A stretch of 64,000 bases of DNA from Erysipelotrichaceae bacterium (GCA_051658525.1 JBOFMT010000084.1:1-64000), one strand, 5' to 3'; shown: positions 1 through 12,572, counted from the first letter of the stretch. Numbers and translations are program-made. Notes: a model not told the origin generated them from the sequence alone.

Positions 1-368
1 GCGCGAGTTTTCGTATACCCGAAAATCGGCACTTTGTTCTGTTTTCGGTTTAGATTATACCAAAAAAGCAGAAAAAAAGGACGAAATATCATGAATTTGA
101 TAATTGTCCTTATTGTGTAAAAATACAACTGGAAGTTACTACTGCAAAGTGGAACTTCGTTTTTCCATCAAGCTATTTTGTTATGAAAATGTTATGTTTT
201 TATAAATATAACGAGAAATCACTTTAGACTCATATTGTGTTCACTTTTTTCTAGAATAAAAATAGAAATTAAGGTAAACAATTAAAAGAATTTCACGCTT
301 GAATGTTACGATAGTTATATTTGCATAGGAGTTTGGTCTATTACACTCACACGTTAGTTGGACAATAA

Positions 369-402
369 CAAAAAAACACCCTATTTGAAATAGGGTGTTT
401 TA
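369..402 (-). terminator. Rho-independent terminator downstream of rpoC
   Basis: Minus strand after the rpoC stop (406-408): hairpin CACCCTATTTcaAATAGGGTG followed by a T7 run. Confidence 0.7.
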
Positions 403-405
403 AGA

Positions 406-3400
406 TTAGTCTAGTTCATCGCCTTCAACAACACTCAACTCAGATTCATCAATCATTTCTTTGATTGTTTCTGACATGTTGCTGTCTTGTCCACCAATTA
501 AACTTAAGAATTCAGCTTCCGCGCTACCACGATTTGCAGCTTCACGTTTTGCTTTTAATTGTTTTGTAAGTTTTTCAATTTCTACTGAAGTTTCACGATC
601 GAAATCCATACCAGTACCAGCAGGAATTAACTTACCGATAATAACATTTTCTTTCAATCCGATCAAGTGGTCTTTCTTACCTTTGATAGCAGCATCAGTC
701 AATACTTTTGTAGTTTCTTGGAAAGATGCAGCGGATAAGAAGGAATCCGTTTCTACAGATGATTTTGAAATCCCCAATAATACTGGAGAGAAAATAGCAG
801 GTGTCTTACCAGATAACAAGACATTACGGTTCACTTTTGTGATTTCAGGGAATGAAATTTGAACACCTGGGTTCAATTTTGTATCATTTCCAGCAATAAC
901 TACTACTTTACGTAGCATTTGGCGAATCATAACCTCGATATGTTTATCGGAAATTTCGATACCTTGGCTAGCATATACTTTTTTTACTTCTTTAAGGATA
1001 TACTTTTGTACTTCCGTTACACCAGCAACTTCAAGAAGTTCTTTTGGATTTACTTGACCTTCAGTCAATTTATCTCCATTGGTAACATGTGAACCAATTT
1101 TTAACCAACTACGAATCGTTTGAGTCTGACCAATTTTATGTTCGATTGACTCTTTGTCGTTAGTAATAACAATTTCAATACCATTTAAGTTATCTAAACG
1201 GTTGATTGCTGTAATTTCACCAGAAATTTTAGCTAATACAGCAGCACCTTTTGGACAACGGGCTTCGAAAAGTTCTTCAACACGAGGAAGACCTTGCGTG
1301 ATATCTCCACCTTCACCGGCAGCAACCCCACCGGTATGGAACGTACGCATCGTTAACTGAGTACCTGGCTCACCGATAGATTGGGCAGCCATTGTACCAA
1401 CAGCCTCACCAGTTTCAACGATTTTACCAGTTGCCATGTTACGTCCATAACATTTTTTACATACTCCATAAATTGATTTACATGTAAAGGCACTACGGAT
1501 ATACATCCCTTTAACACCTGCATCAACAATTTCGCGTGCAATTTCTTCTGTCATAAATTCATCAGAGTCAATGATCATTTCACCAGTTTGAGGGTGAAGA
1601 ACAACTTGTTTCGAGAAACGTCCAACCAAACGGTCATAGAATTTTTCGATTTCAGAATTATTCTTTTGATCAATAATAGCCTCAACCCAGAATCCTTTGT
1701 CTGTACCACAGTCTTCTTGTTTAACGATAACATCTTGTGCAACGTCAACCAAACGACGAGTTAAGTATCCAGACTCAGCAGTTTTCAAGGCAGTATCCGT
1801 TAACCCTTTACGTACCCCATGGGTAGAGATAAAGAACTCAGATACGTTTAATCCTTCACGGAATGAAGAATAAATAGGGACCTCGATAATCGCAGGTGTA
1901 TACCCTTTTGTAGATTTAGATTGTGATGGTTTTGACATCAATCCACGCATACCTGCCAACTGTGTAAAGTTGGAAGTATTACCACGTGCACCAGATGTTG
2001 CCATCATGTTAATTGGATTTTTACGTTCCAAAGACTTCATTAACTCTCCACCAATTTCAGCTTTGATATTATCCCAAAGTTTTGTTAAGTGAGATTCCCA
2101 TTCCTGGGCAGTCAATTTACCTTTGTTACGTAAACGCATAAGTTCTTCGGCTTTTTCTTTACCATAAACTACGTATTTTTGTTTGTTTGGAGCAACCTCG
2201 ATATCGGCAAGAGATACCGTCATACCAGCGATTGTTGAGTATTTAAATCCTAAGTTTTTAATCTCATCCAAGATTTCAGAAGTTTTAACAGTAGAGTAGC
2301 GTTTGAACACTTCACTAATTACACTTCCCAATTCTTTTTTCTTGAATGCTTCTACAAGAGGCATTCCAGCGATATGAGCTTTTATATCTGAACCCATAGG
2401 TAAGAAGTATTTTTCTGGAGTAGCAACAAAGTTTGCACCAGAAATCTCATTCAAGAATGGGAAATCTTCTGGAAACATGTTATTGAAAATAACTTTTCCG
2501 ACCGTCGTAATCAAGTATTGGTTTTCTTGTTCTTTTGTAAATGAAGTTTTACCTAAAGAACGAGCCATAACACCAATACGTGAGTGAAGGTGGATTTGTT
2601 TCATATCATAAGCAATCATTACTTCGTTTACATCGCGGTATACGTGACCTTCATTCGAAGCAAATAAACGCCATTGGTCTCCTAAATCATTGCAATCAAC
2701 TGCATCATACTTCGCAGCAATTGCTTCGAACTCAGCAGCTGTTTCTTCCATTGTTAAGTAGAAGTTACCCAAAACCATGTCCTGAGAAGGTGTAACGATA
2801 GGCTTACCATCTTTTGGACCTAAGATGTTATTAGAACCTAACATCAAAGTTAACGCCTCTGCACGTGCCTCTTCTGAAAGTGGAACGTGGACAGCCATTT
2901 GGTCACCATCGAAATCGGCATTGAAGGCTGGCGTTACCAATGGGTGAAGACGAATTGCGCGTCCTTCCACTAGTTTTGGTTTAAATGCTTGAATCCCCAA
3001 ACGGTGAAGTGTCGGTGCACGGTTCAATAGAACTGGATATCCTTCGATTACATCTTCAACAATATCCCATACACGTGGATCCAAACGATCGATTAGTTTT
3101 TCAGCATTTTTTGGATTACTTGCAATTTCACGATTAACGATTTCGTTAATTACAAACGGTTTGAACAATTGAATTGCCATCTCACGTGGAATCCCACATT
3201 GATACATTTTCAAATCTGGTCCAACGGCGATTACTGAACGACCAGAGAAGTCAACACGTTTACCAAGTAAGTTTTGACGGAAACGCCCTTGTTTCCCTTT
3301 CAATGAGTGAGAAAGAGATTTCAATGCACGTCCACCAGCACCAGTAATTGGTTTTGAACGACGTCCATTATCAATCAAAGCATCAACCGCTTCTTGTAAC

Positions 3401-4260
3401 ATACGTTTTTCATTTTGTACGATGATTGCAGGTGTTCCAAGTTCTAACAATTTTTTCAAACGGTTATTTCTTGTAATTACACGACGATACAAGTCATTTA
3501 AATCACTTGTAGCGAAACGTCCACCATCCAATTGTAACATCGGACGTAAATCTGGTGGTATAACTGGAAGTACTGTAAGTACCATCCAATCCGGTTTATT
3601 TTCAGAATTACGGAAAGAGTCTACCGTATCCAAACGCTTGATTAATTTCTTGCGTTTTTCACCTTGTGCAGTTTCCAAATCAAATTGAATTTTTTTGTAT
3701 TCCGCTTCCAAGTCAACTTCGTTTAACAATGTATAAGCAGCTTCCGCTCCTGTTTGTGCAACGAATGAACCAGAACCGTAAATTGCTAGGTTTTCACGGT
3801 ATTCTTTTTCAGATAATACTTTTTTGTATTCTAATTTCGTATCTTTAGGGTCTGTTACAATCCAAGAAACGAAATATACTACTTCTTCCAATTGTTTTGG
3901 AGTTACATCAAGCAACAAAGCCATTCTTGATGGAATTCCACGCAAATACCAAATGTGTGCGACTGGAGCAGCCAATTCGATATGCCCCATGCGTTCACGA
4001 CGTACAGATGATTTTGTGATTTCTACACCACAACGATCACAAACTACACCTTTGTATCTAACTTTTTTATATTTTCCACAATAACATTCCCAGTCTTTTG
4101 AAGGACCAAAAATACGCTCGCAGAACAATCCATCTCTTTCCGGTTTTTGAGAACGATAGTTGATCGTCTCCGGTTTTTTAACTTCACCGAAAGACCATTC
4201 TCTGATTCTTTCTGGTGAAGCTAAGTTAATTTGGATTGAGGCAAAATTATTAACACTCAT
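406..4260 (-). CDS. rpoC: DNA-directed RNA polymerase subunit beta-prime
   Basis: 1284 aa. Zn-finger [23 protein letters not shown], catalytic [14 protein letters not shown], full-length similarity pattern to RpoC. Located directly downstream of rpoB. Confidence 0.97.
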   Translation of the reverse strand: MSVNNFASIQINLASPERIREWSFGEVKKPETINYRSQKPERDGLFCERIFGPSKDWECYCGKYKKVRYKGVVCDRCGVEITKSSVRRERMGHIELAAPVAHIWYLRGIPSRMALLLDVTPKQLEEVVYFVSWIVTDPKDTKLEYKKVLSEKEYRENLAIYGSGSFVAQTGAEAAYTLLNEVDLEAEYKKIQFDLETAQGEKRKKLIKRLDTVDSFRNSENKPDWMVLTVLPVIPPDLRPMLQLDGGRFATSDLNDLYRRVITRNNRLKKLLELGTPAIIVQNEKRMLQEAVDALIDNGRRSKPITGAGGRALKSLSHSLKGKQGRFRQNLLGKRVDFSGRSVIAVGPDLKMYQCGIPREMAIQLFKPFVINEIVNREIASNPKNAEKLIDRLDPRVWDIVEDVIEGYPVLLNRAPTLHRLGIQAFKPKLVEGRAIRLHPLVTPAFNADFDGDQMAVHVPLSEEARAEALTLMLGSNNILGPKDGKPIVTPSQDMVLGNFYLTMEETAAEFEAIAAKYDAVDCNDLGDQWRLFASNEGHVYRDVNEVMIAYDMKQIHLHSRIGVMARSLGKTSFTKEQENQYLITTVGKVIFNNMFPEDFPFLNEISGANFVATPEKYFLPMGSDIKAHIAGMPLVEAFKKKELGSVISEVFKRYSTVKTSEILDEIKNLGFKYSTIAGMTVSLADIEVAPNKQKYVVYGKEKAEELMRLRNKGKLTAQEWESHLTKLWDNIKAEIGGELMKSLERKNPINMMATSGARGNTSNFTQLAGMRGLMSKPSQSKSTKGYTPAIIEVPIYSSFREGLNVSEFFISTHGVRKGLTDTALKTAESGYLTRRLVDVAQDVIVKQEDCGTDKGFWVEAIIDQKNNSEIEKFYDRLVGRFSKQVVLHPQTGEMIIDSDEFMTEEIAREIVDAGVKGMYIRSAFTCKSIYGVCKKCYGRNMATGKIVETGEAVGTMAAQSIGEPGTQLTMRTFHTGGVAAGEGGDITQGLPRVEELFEARCPKGAAVLAKISGEITAINRLDNLNGIEIVITNDKESIEHKIGQTQTIRSWLKIGSHVTNGDKLTEGQVNPKELLEVAGVTEVQKYILKEVKKVYASQGIEISDKHIEVMIRQMLRKVVVIAGNDTKLNPGVQISFPEITKVNRNVLLSGKTPAIFSPVLLGISKSSVETDSFLSAASFQETTKVLTDAAIKGKKDHLIGLKENVIIGKLIPAGTGMDFDRETSVEIEKLTKQLKAKREAANRGSAEAEFLSLIGGQDSNMSETIKEMIDESELSVVEGDELD

Positions 4261-4277
4261 CTCTTACGCCTCCTTAT

Positions 4278-7200
4278 TTATTCTTCATTGTCGCCGAATT
4301 CTTCTTCAAGATCTTCTAGCTCATCTACCAATTCGTCAAGTTCCTCATTTGTTTGTTCCAAATCTTCTGTGATATCGATTACTGGTGGCATTTCAGCAAC
4401 ACCTTCGTCGTTATCATTTTTCATTAGATCTACTTCATTACCAAGTTCATCTAACATTTTAACATCGATAGATAACGCTTGTAATTCGTGTTTCAATACG
4501 CGGAATGATTCTGGAATTCCCGGTTCAGGAATATCTCTACCTTTGATAATTGATTCGTATGTTTTTGTACGACCAACAACATCATCGGACTTAACAGTTA
4601 AGATTTCTTGCAATGTATGTGCAGCACCATAAGCTTCTAGTGCCCAAACTTCCATCTCCCCGAAACGTTGTCCACCATTTTGTGCTTTACCACCCAATGG
4701 TTGTTGCGTTACAAGTGAATATGGTCCTGTTGCACGAGCATGTAGTTTATCGTCAACCATGTGGGCCAACTTGATCATGTACATTACACCAACAGAAATA
4801 CGTTCATCGAATGGTTCACCAGTACGACCGTCGATTAGAACTTGTTTTCCATCTTTGGTCATATTAGCTTCTTCCATGATTGATTTCAACTCGTCGTTAT
4901 TGATACCGTCAAATACTGGAGAAGCAAACTTTGTATTCAATGCTTTCGCAGCGAATCCCAAGTGAATTTCTAGAATTTGTCCGATATTCATACGAGATGG
5001 TACCCCGAACGGGTTCAACATGATATCAACTGGTGTTCCATCAGGCATATATGGCATATCTTCCACAGGAAGGATTTTAGAAATAACCCCTTTGTTACCG
5101 TGACGTCCCGCCATTTTATCCCCTTCAGAGATTTTACGTTTTTGAACGATGTAAACTTTAACTGTTTCATTTACTCCTGGAGGTAAGTCATGTCCTTCAC
5201 TACGTTTGAATACACGTACTGAATGAACAATACCAGCACCACCATGTGGAACTTTTAATGAATTGTCACGAACTTCACGAGATTTCTCTCCGAAAATCGC
5301 TAACAATAATTTTTCTTCTGGAGAAACTTCGCTTTGTCCTTTTGGTGTCACTTTACCAACAAGGATGTCACCTTCGTTTACTTCAGCACCAACCATAACG
5401 ATACCGCGTGCATCCAAGTGACGACAAGAATTTTCACTTACGTTTGGAATATCGCGTGTAATTTCTTCAGGTCCTAATTTTGTTTCACGGCAATCAATAT
5501 CATATTCTTCGATGTGAATTGATGTATAAACATCATCACGAACCAAGCGTTCTGACATAATGATCGCATCTTCATAGTTATATCCGTACCATGTCATGAA
5601 GGCAATAGTAACGTTTTGTCCAAGTGCTAACTCTCCATTTTGCATAGATGGACCATCTGCCAAAATATCGCCAGCATGTACACGTTCACCACGTTTTACG
5701 ATTGGGATTTGGTTGATTGATGTTCCTGAGTTACTTCTTTGGAATTTTCTAACTTTATATTCACGACGTCCATCTGCTTGACTAACGATAACTTTTTGTG
5801 AATCGACGTATTCTACAATACCGTCACCTTTACATACGATACCAGAACCACTATCTTTTGCTACACGGTATTCAATACCTGTACCAACATATGGAGATTG
5901 TGGTCGTACCAAAGGAATTGCTTGACGCTGCATGTTCGCTCCCATTAGGGCACGAGACGCATCATCATTTTCTAAGAATGGAATACAAGCTGTTGCTACT
6001 GAAACGATTTGTTTCGGGCTAACATCGGCAAGTTCAACTACTTCGCGTTTTGCAAGGATGGTATCCCCTTGGTAACGAGATACTACTTGTTCATTGATCA
6101 AACGACCATCAACAACCTCATTGGCCTGTGCAATTACGAAATCGCTCTCTTCATCAGCTGATAAGTAAACAGCTTCTTCCAATACGCGACCATCTGGTGT
6201 CACCAAACGGTATGGTGTTTGGATAAATCCATACTCATTGATTTTTCCATATGTAGTTAAGTTAGAAATCAAACCGATATTTGGTCCCTCTGGTGTCTCG
6301 ATTGGACAAATACGACCGTAGTGAGATGAGTGAACGTCACGTACTTCAAATCCAGCACGGTCACGTGTCAAACCACCAGGCCCAAGAGCAGAAATACGAC
6401 GTTTGTTCGTTAATTCAGCAAGTGGATTTGTTTGGTCCATAAATTGTGACAACTGAGAAGAAGAGAAGAACTCTTTAATTGCAGCAGTCAAAGGACGAAT
6501 ATTTGTTAATTTTTTTGGTGTTAAAGCTTCGATATCAGCGATTGACATACGTTCTTTTACAACACGTTCCATACGAGATAACCCGATACGGAATTGGTTT
6601 TGAATCAATTCACCTACCGAACGAATACGACGGTTTCCTAATTGGTCAATATCATCTGTTGCTCCAATACCTTCCATAACATTCAAGGTATATGTGAACA
6701 GAGCATAAATATCAGAAATAGTAATCGTATGTTTGTTCGCAAATGGATCATTCCCTACGATTTTAACTACATGTTCATCCGTTCCACGAACTTTTAATTC
6801 TTGTACGGCAGCACCTAGCAACCATACACAAACATCTTCGCTCGCTACGCGTGCTTTTAATTCATCACTTAAGTCCGCAGACAATGCCATACGTTTTGTT
6901 TTAGGCTCATATTCGTAAGCATAACGTTCTCCATTTGATGTGCTAATCAAATCGGTTCCGTTAGCATCGCATACTTTAGCAAGTTCAAACATACGTTGTC
7001 CATAGTTTAGAATTGAGTTGATATTTTCAGGTGTTGCTTTTACTTCTTGTGCAAACACACCCGCGTATACCGTTACTGTTTCTAGTTCAGAAACAAGTGC
7101 TGGTAACACTTCTGGAGTAATAACTTCACCTGCATAAATTGTTTTTACTGATAATGCAATATCCGTAGCTGCTACACGTCCAACCAAACCTAAGTTATAG

Positions 7201-8441
7201 CTTGTAGGTACTGTAACTTTATCTGCATGTGCAAAGTTATTGTTGAATGGGAACGCAACTACGTGCATCCCTTTCTTCATTTCAGCACGCAACAAGTCGC
7301 GTTCTGAACGGTGAATCAAGGTTCCTGAAGGTAACAATACTTCTCCATCTGCAGTTAAAACATCTTCAGCAAGAAGATTTTTCTCTAAACGATTTACAAC
7401 GCTTAGTTTCTTTCCAAGTTTAAAACGCCCAGATTTTGTTAAATCATAACGACGAGCATCAAAGAACTTAGAGTTCATTAAAATATTTGATCCATCGATG
7501 GTAGGAATCTCATCAGAACGTTGGTTTTCGTAAATAGAAAGCAACGCTTCTTCTGTTGATTTTACCTTATCGGCCATCAATGTATTTTCTACTTCTTCAT
7601 ATTTTCCTAAATATGCACCATATAATAACAAGTACATGTTAAGGAATTCGCGGTTTTCTACGTCTTCAGGAAGATCGAAATCTACATTTCTTCCCATTGC
7701 ACGTAAAAAGTTTTTCAATGGTTCAACATCAAATGCATTCGTATCTTTGTTGATATCGAATGACATCCCCAATGCTTTAAACAAGATTGTTGATAACATT
7801 TTACGCTTACGGTCAATACTCATACTCAAAATACGAGCTTGTGTCGGTTTTTTGTTTTCCGTTAAGAATTCCAACCATGTACCACGACTTGGAATCAATT
7901 CACTACGGAATGTTTCACGTCCTGTTTTTTCTTCAAAACCATTTGCAAAATAAGCTCCTGGAGAACGAACGATCTGCGAAACAATAACACGTTCCGCTCC
8001 ATTGATAATAAATGTCCCAGTATCAGTCATCAAAGGGAAATCCCCTAAGAATACTTCTTCTGGTTTTGTAATTACTTCACCTGTTGCTGTATCAGTGATT
8101 TCCAGCTCCATTTTTGCTTTTAATGGTGCCGCAAAATTGCATTCACGATACTGTGATTCTTCTGCATTAAATTTAGGCGTTCCGAATTCATAATCTAGAA
8201 AGTTTAATTTGATATTTCCCCCATAGTTTTGAATCGGGTAAATCTCATTGAATACTTCGCCAATACCTTCTGCCTTGAACCAGTCAAAAGAATCGGTTTG
8301 TATTTCAACCAAGTTTGGTAGTTCTAAACTACCGCTTACTTTTGAGTAATCTCTACGTTGTGCTTTTTTACCAGAATCAACGATACGATATGTCTCTTTT
8401 TTATCCATGTACGCCATCCTTTCTTTGAGATAATTCACCAT
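4278..8441 (-). CDS. rpoB: DNA-directed RNA polymerase subunit beta, with a lineage-specific internal insertion and acidic C-terminal tail
   Basis: 1387 aa with RpoB hallmarks ([32 protein letters not shown]). Real start is probably the ATG at 8417 or 8408 (MAYMDKK). About 200 aa longer than Bacillus RpoB because of an insertion at roughly aa 335-560. Confidence 0.96.
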   Translation of the reverse strand: MVNYLKERMAYMDKKETYRIVDSGKKAQRRDYSKVSGSLELPNLVEIQTDSFDWFKAEGIGEVFNEIYPIQNYGGNIKLNFLDYEFGTPKFNAEESQYRECNFAAPLKAKMELEITDTATGEVITKPEEVFLGDFPLMTDTGTFIINGAERVIVSQIVRSPGAYFANGFEEKTGRETFRSELIPSRGTWLEFLTENKKPTQARILSMSIDRKRKMLSTILFKALGMSFDINKDTNAFDVEPLKNFLRAMGRNVDFDLPEDVENREFLNMYLLLYGAYLGKYEEVENTLMADKVKSTEEALLSIYENQRSDEIPTIDGSNILMNSKFFDARRYDLTKSGRFKLGKKLSVVNRLEKNLLAEDVLTADGEVLLPSGTLIHRSERDLLRAEMKKGMHVVAFPFNNNFAHADKVTVPTSYNLGLVGRVAATDIALSVKTIYAGEVITPEVLPALVSELETVTVYAGVFAQEVKATPENINSILNYGQRMFELAKVCDANGTDLISTSNGERYAYEYEPKTKRMALSADLSDELKARVASEDVCVWLLGAAVQELKVRGTDEHVVKIVGNDPFANKHTITISDIYALFTYTLNVMEGIGATDDIDQLGNRRIRSVGELIQNQFRIGLSRMERVVKERMSIADIEALTPKKLTNIRPLTAAIKEFFSSSQLSQFMDQTNPLAELTNKRRISALGPGGLTRDRAGFEVRDVHSSHYGRICPIETPEGPNIGLISNLTTYGKINEYGFIQTPYRLVTPDGRVLEEAVYLSADEESDFVIAQANEVVDGRLINEQVVSRYQGDTILAKREVVELADVSPKQIVSVATACIPFLENDDASRALMGANMQRQAIPLVRPQSPYVGTGIEYRVAKDSGSGIVCKGDGIVEYVDSQKVIVSQADGRREYKVRKFQRSNSGTSINQIPIVKRGERVHAGDILADGPSMQNGELALGQNVTIAFMTWYGYNYEDAIIMSERLVRDDVYTSIHIEEYDIDCRETKLGPEEITRDIPNVSENSCRHLDARGIVMVGAEVNEGDILVGKVTPKGQSEVSPEEKLLLAIFGEKSREVRDNSLKVPHGGAGIVHSVRVFKRSEGHDLPPGVNETVKVYIVQKRKISEGDKMAGRHGNKGVISKILPVEDMPYMPDGTPVDIMLNPFGVPSRMNIGQILEIHLGFAAKALNTKFASPVFDGINNDELKSIMEEANMTKDGKQVLIDGRTGEPFDERISVGVMYMIKLAHMVDDKLHARATGPYSLVTQQPLGGKAQNGGQRFGEMEVWALEAYGAAHTLQEILTVKSDDVVGRTKTYESIIKGRDIPEPGIPESFRVLKHELQALSIDVKMLDELGNEVDLMKNDNDEGVAEMPPVIDITEDLEQTNEELDELVDELEDLEEEFGDNEE

Positions 8442-8518
8442 TTTTTACACAAAAAAGGGCTATAAATCCCATTTTAATAAATACTATTATGCAATTTATT
8501 ATAATATCAAAGCTTCTA

Positions 8519-9124
8519 TTATTTGTCAAGTTTTTTTGTCGCTTTTAGAACAAAAAAGCCTTTTGACTTCGTGCATACCATACAATTCCCAAAAACTTCA
8601 GAAATCTTTTTGATTGCACTTTCCGCTCCGTGTTGCTTTCGAATAACGACCCACAAATGACCATCTTCAGTTAAATGATCATAAGCATCCGTAAAGATTT
8701 GGTAGATTACTTGTTTACCAGCTCGAATTGGTGGATTTGTTATGATATCGGAATAATCTTTCCGTTCCACAGAATCAAAACAATAAGATTCGAAGATCGT
8801 TGCTGAAACTTGATTCTTTTCTGCATTGATTTTAGCGAGTTCCAATGCTCTCGGATTCACATCAACCATCTCAAATCTCGATTCCGGTAATATTTTGCCC
8901 AATATTACTCCAATTGTGCCGTAACCACAGCCTACATCCAACACATCTTTACCTAGACCCGCATCGATGATTGTTTCCATTAATACTTTTGTACCATAAT
9001 CGATTCCACTTTTTGCAAACACTCCATTGTCAGTGACAAAGGAATAATTAAAACACCAAAACCGGAAAGAAATTTCCTTCCGGTTTTGTTCTAAATGACG
9101 ATTATCAGTAAAGTAATGATTCAT
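8519..9124 (-). CDS. Class I SAM-dependent methyltransferase (YbxB/RsmC-like small rRNA methyltransferase)
   Basis: SAM-binding motif VLDVGCGYGTIG and the NPP motif (ITNPPIRAGK). Occupies the conserved position between rplL and rpoB, as B. subtilis ybxB does. Confidence 0.75.
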   Translation of the reverse strand: MNHYFTDNRHLEQNRKEISFRFWCFNYSFVTDNGVFAKSGIDYGTKVLMETIIDAGLGKDVLDVGCGYGTIGVILGKILPESRFEMVDVNPRALELAKINAEKNQVSATIFESYCFDSVERKDYSDIITNPPIRAGKQVIYQIFTDAYDHLTEDGHLWVVIRKQHGAESAIKKISEVFGNCMVCTKSKGFFVLKATKKLDK

Positions 9125-9196
9125 AATATCGCCTGCCTTTACAGTATTGAATAAGAATTCAATACGCTAGATTCATAGTGTGTTTGTATTCGTTAA

Positions 9197-9565
9197 TTAT
9201 TTAACTTCTACAACTGCACCAGCTTCTTGCAATTTAGTTTTGATTACTTCTGCATCTTCTGGTTTGATGTCAGCTTTGATTACTGAAGGTGCTTTGTCAA
9301 CAAGACCTTTTGCTTCAACTAATCCAAGACCTGTGATTTCACGTACAGCTTTGATTACTGCAACTTTAGTTGGTCCAGCTTCTGTCAATGTAACAGTTAC
9401 TTCAGTTGGTCCAGCTGGAGCAGCATCAGCAGCAGCAGCTACAGCTACTGGAGCAGCAGCAGTTACACCGAATTCTTCTTCGATTGCTTTTACTAGTTCG
9501 TTCAATTCTAAAATTGTCATCTCTTTTAGAGAATCAATAACATCTTGTGTATTTAATTTTGCCAT
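9197..9565 (-). CDS. rplL: 50S ribosomal protein L7/L12
   Basis: 122 aa, [34 protein letters not shown], Ala-rich hinge, C-terminal EAGAVVEVK. Confidence 0.97.
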   Translation of the reverse strand: MAKLNTQDVIDSLKEMTILELNELVKAIEEEFGVTAAAPVAVAAAADAAPAGPTEVTVTLTEAGPTKVAVIKAVREITGLGLVEAKGLVDKAPSVIKADIKPEDAEVIKTKLQEAGAVVEVK

Positions 9566-9588
9566 TTTAATTTTCCTCCTGTTAGAAA

Positions 9589-10098
9589 TTAGTTTTCTTC
9601 TGTTGTTGTTTCTTCGTTTTTCTCCGCTACAGCTTTAACAGCGCATGCGAAGCTACGTACTGGAGATTGTAAACATCCAAGTAACATTGAGATCATACCC
9701 TCACGGTTTGGCAATGCAGCCAATTCGTTGATTGTATCAACATTTACTACTTTTCCTTCTACGACACCAGTTTTCAATACTAGTTTTTCATGTTTCTTTG
9801 CAAATTTTGCAAGTACACGAGCTGGAGCTACTGCATCGCTACCGAATGCGATTGCGTTAGGTCCTGTAAGGTTTTCTGATAACTCACCGAAACCAGCTTC
9901 TTCCGCAGCACGTTGAGCCATTGAATTTTTGTAAACTTTAAATTCAACACCTTCAGCACGTAACTCACGACGAAGTTCAGTAACTTGAGCAACAGTTAAC
10001 CCGCGATACTCGACAACTACTGTAGATTGCGCTTCGCGCATTTTTCCAGCAATTTCTTCGACAACCGCTTTTTTGTTATCGATGATCGTTTGGTTCAT
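9589..10098 (-). CDS. rplJ: 50S ribosomal protein L10
   Basis: 169 aa. N-terminus [47 protein letters not shown] is typical L10. Confidence 0.95.
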   Translation of the reverse strand: MNQTIIDNKKAVVEEIAGKMREAQSTVVVEYRGLTVAQVTELRRELRAEGVEFKVYKNSMAQRAAEEAGFGELSENLTGPNAIAFGSDAVAPARVLAKFAKKHEKLVLKTGVVEGKVVNVDTINELAALPNREGMISMLLGCLQSPVRSFACAVKAVAEKNEETTTEEN

Positions 10099-10288
10099 CC
10101 TGACACCTCCTATTTTATATATGTAACAATATACCTAAGAGCTTTTTTAAAAAAACTCGCACTGTTATTGGAAACCAAAGGACAGCGCGAGTGAAAGTTT
10201 AAATATGTTCTTTCTACCTCGGCAACATGATTAAGACTTACGTCCGTTGCTGTCTATGGCATATTGATGACACTAAATTAATTTGAAA
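10099..10288 (-). promoter_or_regulatory. rplJ-rplL leader (L10 leader-type autoregulatory RNA) with an intrinsic attenuator hairpin
   Basis: A 190 nt untranslated leader between rplA and rplJ. Minus-strand hairpin CACTCGCGCTGTCC...ACAGTGCGAGT followed by T7 (about 10150-10200). Confidence 0.6.
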
Positions 10289-10981
10289 TTAACGAGTAAC
10301 TTCGTTTCCTACTTTGATACCAGGACCCATTGTAGTTGCAACTGTTACATTTTTCATGTAAGCACCTTTAACTGCAGCTGGTCTAGCACGTAGAATTACA
10401 TCGTAGATTGCTTTAAAGTTCTCTACTAGTTTTTCGTCTTCGAATGAAACTTTACCGATCATAAGATTGATATTTCCTTCTTTGTCAACGCGGTATTCTA
10501 CTTTACCTTTTTTGATATCTTCAACAGCTTTAGCAACATCCATAGTTACTGTACCTGTTTTAGGGTTAGGCATTAAACCTTTAGGTCCTAGGACACGTCC
10601 CAATTTCCCTAATTCACCCATCATGTTTGGAGTTGCAACGATAACATCGAACTCAAACCAACCTTTACCGATTTTTTCAAGTAGTTCTTTACCACCTACG
10701 AAATCAGCTCCAGCGTCGATAGCTTCTTGCTCTTTTGGTCCTTGTGTAATTACACAAACTTTTTGTGTACGTCCAGTTCCATTAGGCAATACCATCGCTC
10801 CACGGATTTGTTGATCAGCGTGACGTGGATCAACGTTCAAACGGAATGATACTTCTACAGATGCATCAAATTTAACGAAATTAGCTTCTTTAGCTAATTT
10901 AACTGCTTCTTCAATTGAATAAGTTTTGCTACGATCAACTAATTTTGCAGCTTCAAGATATTTTTTTCCAACTTTTGCCAT
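10289..10981 (-). CDS. rplA: 50S ribosomal protein L1
   Basis: 230 aa, [32 protein letters not shown]...[14 protein letters not shown], typical L1. Confidence 0.96.
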   Translation of the reverse strand: MAKVGKKYLEAAKLVDRSKTYSIEEAVKLAKEANFVKFDASVEVSFRLNVDPRHADQQIRGAMVLPNGTGRTQKVCVITQGPKEQEAIDAGADFVGGKELLEKIGKGWFEFDVIVATPNMMGELGKLGRVLGPKGLMPNPKTGTVTMDVAKAVEDIKKGKVEYRVDKEGNINLMIGKVSFEDEKLVENFKAIYDVILRARPAAVKGAYMKNVTVATTMGPGIKVGNEVTR

Positions 10982-11002
10982 AATTAATTACCTCAGCCTT
11001 TC

Positions 11003-11422
11003 TTATTCCATACCTTCAACAACAATACCCATGTTGCGAGCTGTACCAGCGACAATACGCATAGCAGCTTCTACATCATTAGCATTCAAGTCAGGTAGTT
11101 TGTATTCAGCGATTTCACGAATTTGCTCAGCAGTAACCGTAGCTACTTTTTCTACTTTTGCTTTCGCAGAACCTTTTTTAATTCCAGCAGCTTTTTTCAA
11201 CATGATTGCTGCCGGTGTAGTTTTGATAATGAAATCAAAGCTTTTGTCTTCGTATGCAGTAATGATTACTGGTACGACATCTCCAGCACGCTCTCTTGTT
11301 GCATCGTTGAATGCAGAACAGAATTGAGGCATATTAATACCTGCTGACGCTAATGCTGGTCCTGGTTTTGCTCCCCCTGCAGGGAATTGTAATTTTGCGA
11401 TTTTCGCAACTTTTTTACTCAC
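11003..11422 (-). CDS. rplK: 50S ribosomal protein L11
   Basis: [34 protein letters not shown]. Start re-assigned to the GTG at 11422, which has an AGGAGG RBS 8 nt upstream. The ORF-track start at 11431 lacks RBS spacing. Confidence 0.93.
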   Translation of the reverse strand: MSKKVAKIAKLQFPAGGAKPGPALASAGINMPQFCSAFNDATRERAGDVVPVIITAYEDKSFDFIIKTTPAAIMLKKAAGIKKGSAKAKVEKVATVTAEQIREIAEYKLPDLNANDVEAAMRIVAGTARNMGIVVEGME

Positions 11423-11587
11423 AAGACACACCTCCTATAATTTGTTTGTCTTATGCAGTGGTTACCAGACGGTTGCTCGTCCTCCCACGCAATAAATCTC
11501 CACCTTTTTAGTGGCTTATAACATTATACATAAACAATTCAGTTTATGCAAGTGCTTTTCATTTTTTGATTTTTTCACACATTAAAC

Positions 11588-11625
11588 AAATAAAAAGAGA
11601 GATTACTCTCTTTTTATGTATTAAA
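11588..11625 (-). terminator. Terminator after nusG
   Basis: Minus-strand hairpin AAAAGAGAGtaatCTCTCTTTT followed by a T-run, immediately after the nusG stop. Confidence 0.6.
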
Positions 11626-12171
11626 TTCTAGTTTTTCTAGTTCACCGTATCCAATTTCCGTTGGTGTTTCACGACCAAACAAAATCGTTAATACGACTGC
11701 TACTTGCGTATCATTATCTAGAGACTCTACAACACCTTCAATCCCTTCAAATGGTCCAGAAAGGATTTTAACTCGATCCCCAACAGCGAATTCAAGTTGG
11801 ATTTTTCTTTCACCCATACCTAAACGACGTAGAATAACATCGATTTCTTCATCCGCTACCGGGAATGGTTTTGCACCACCACCGCTAGATCCGATAAATC
11901 CAGTTACACCTGGTGTATTACGAACAATATACCAAGCTTCATCTGTCATAATCATTTCTACGAATAAATATCCTGGGAATAGGTTATGTACTTTTTCCAC
12001 TTGTTTTCCATTCTTAAATTCGATTTCTGTTTCCTCAGCAACGATGATACGGAACAAACATTCTTGCAATCCCATCGTTTCAACGCGACGTTGCAAGTTT
12101 TCTTTGACACGATTTTCGTGTCCGGCATAGGTATTTACCACATACCACTCTTTTGTTAGTTGACTATCCAT
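11614..12171 (-). CDS. nusG: Transcription termination/antitermination factor NusG
   Basis: KEWYVVNTYAGHENRVKENL (NGN domain) and C-terminal KOW (GDRVKILSGPFEGIEGVV). Start set at the ATG at 12171 (MDSQ); the ORF-track start at 12189 is a TTG. Confidence 0.93.
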   Translation of the reverse strand: MDSQLTKEWYVVNTYAGHENRVKENLQRRVETMGLQECLFRIIVAEETEIEFKNGKQVEKVHNLFPGYLFVEMIMTDEAWYIVRNTPGVTGFIGSSGGGAKPFPVADEEIDVILRRLGMGERKIQLEFAVGDRVKILSGPFEGIEGVVESLDNDTQVAVVLTILFGRETPTEIGYGELEKLEFNT

Positions 12172-12178
12172 ATGCTTT

Positions 12179-12355
12179 TTACGCTCCAATCAATTTTAAA
12201 AATACGGCCGAGAATGACTCACACAGGACAAAAAACAATGCAAATGCACACGTAAACAGTACAACTGTCCATGTTGATTTCATTAGTTCTTCCGGATGTG
12301 GCCAGCGGATTCTTTGTATTTCAGTTTTTATTCCTGCAAAACTAAACCATTTCAT
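12179..12355 (-). CDS. secE: Preprotein translocase subunit SecE (58 aa, not in the ORF track)
   Basis: Manual minus-strand translation gives MKWFSFAGIKTEIQRIRWPHPEELMKSTWTVVLFTCAFALFFVLCESFSAVFLKLIGA. This is a single-TM SecE at its conserved position between rpmG and nusG. Confidence 0.85.
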   Translation of the reverse strand: MKWFSFAGIKTEIQRIRWPHPEELMKSTWTVVLFTCAFALFFVLCESFSAVFLKLIGA

Positions 12356-12372
12356 AATTGAATCTCCCTGTT

Positions 12373-12522
12373 TTACTTAGTTTCTTTGTGAATTGTATGT
12401 TCTCCGCATTTTTTGCAGAATTTTTTCAATTCCAAACGTTCACTATGAGTTTTCTTGTTTCTTTTAGTCGTATAATTTCTAGAAAGACACATCGTGCATG
12501 TTAGGATTACTTTTTCTCCCAT
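12373..12522 (-). CDS. rpmG: 50S ribosomal protein L33 (Zn-ribbon form, 49 aa, not in the ORF track)
   Basis: Manual translation gives [49 protein letters not shown]. CxxC...CxxC matches the C+ form of L33. Conserved position upstream of secE-nusG. Confidence 0.85.
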   Translation of the reverse strand: MGEKVILTCTMCLSRNYTTKRNKKTHSERLELKKFCKKCGEHTIHKETK

Positions 12523-12572
12523 GTTACTACACCTTCTTTCTTGCATTACTACTTTAACACAACAAGGATAGG

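Noticed and set aside
1-368. Possible gene or small RNA in the 360-nt region downstream of rpoC
   Set aside because: The only ORF is a 9-codon ATG…TAA. The region is AT-rich with promoter-like elements and is most likely the promoter/leader of the next minus-strand operon (rpsL-rpsG-fusA-type) lying beyond the window edge. There is no evidence for an RNA gene.
4288-4632. 114-aa Ser-rich plus-strand ORF, antisense to the rpoB 3' end
   Set aside because: It mirrors the acidic E/D-rich C-terminal tail of RpoB (GAA/GAT codons read as TTC/ATC in antisense). It is a compositional artefact.
9180-9638. 152-aa plus-strand ORF rich in Ala/Thr/Ser, antisense to rplL
   Set aside because: It is a low-complexity shadow ORF created by the Ala-rich hinge of L7/L12 on the opposite strand. 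It has no RBS and lies entirely inside a highly conserved gene.
11432-11613. L1-binding autoregulatory leader upstream of rplK-rplA
   Set aside because: A GGGAGGACGAGCAACCGTCTGGTAACCAC segment could fold, but I could not convincingly match the L1-binding 23S-mimic consensus by eye. It is left uncalled pending an Rfam/Infernal scan.
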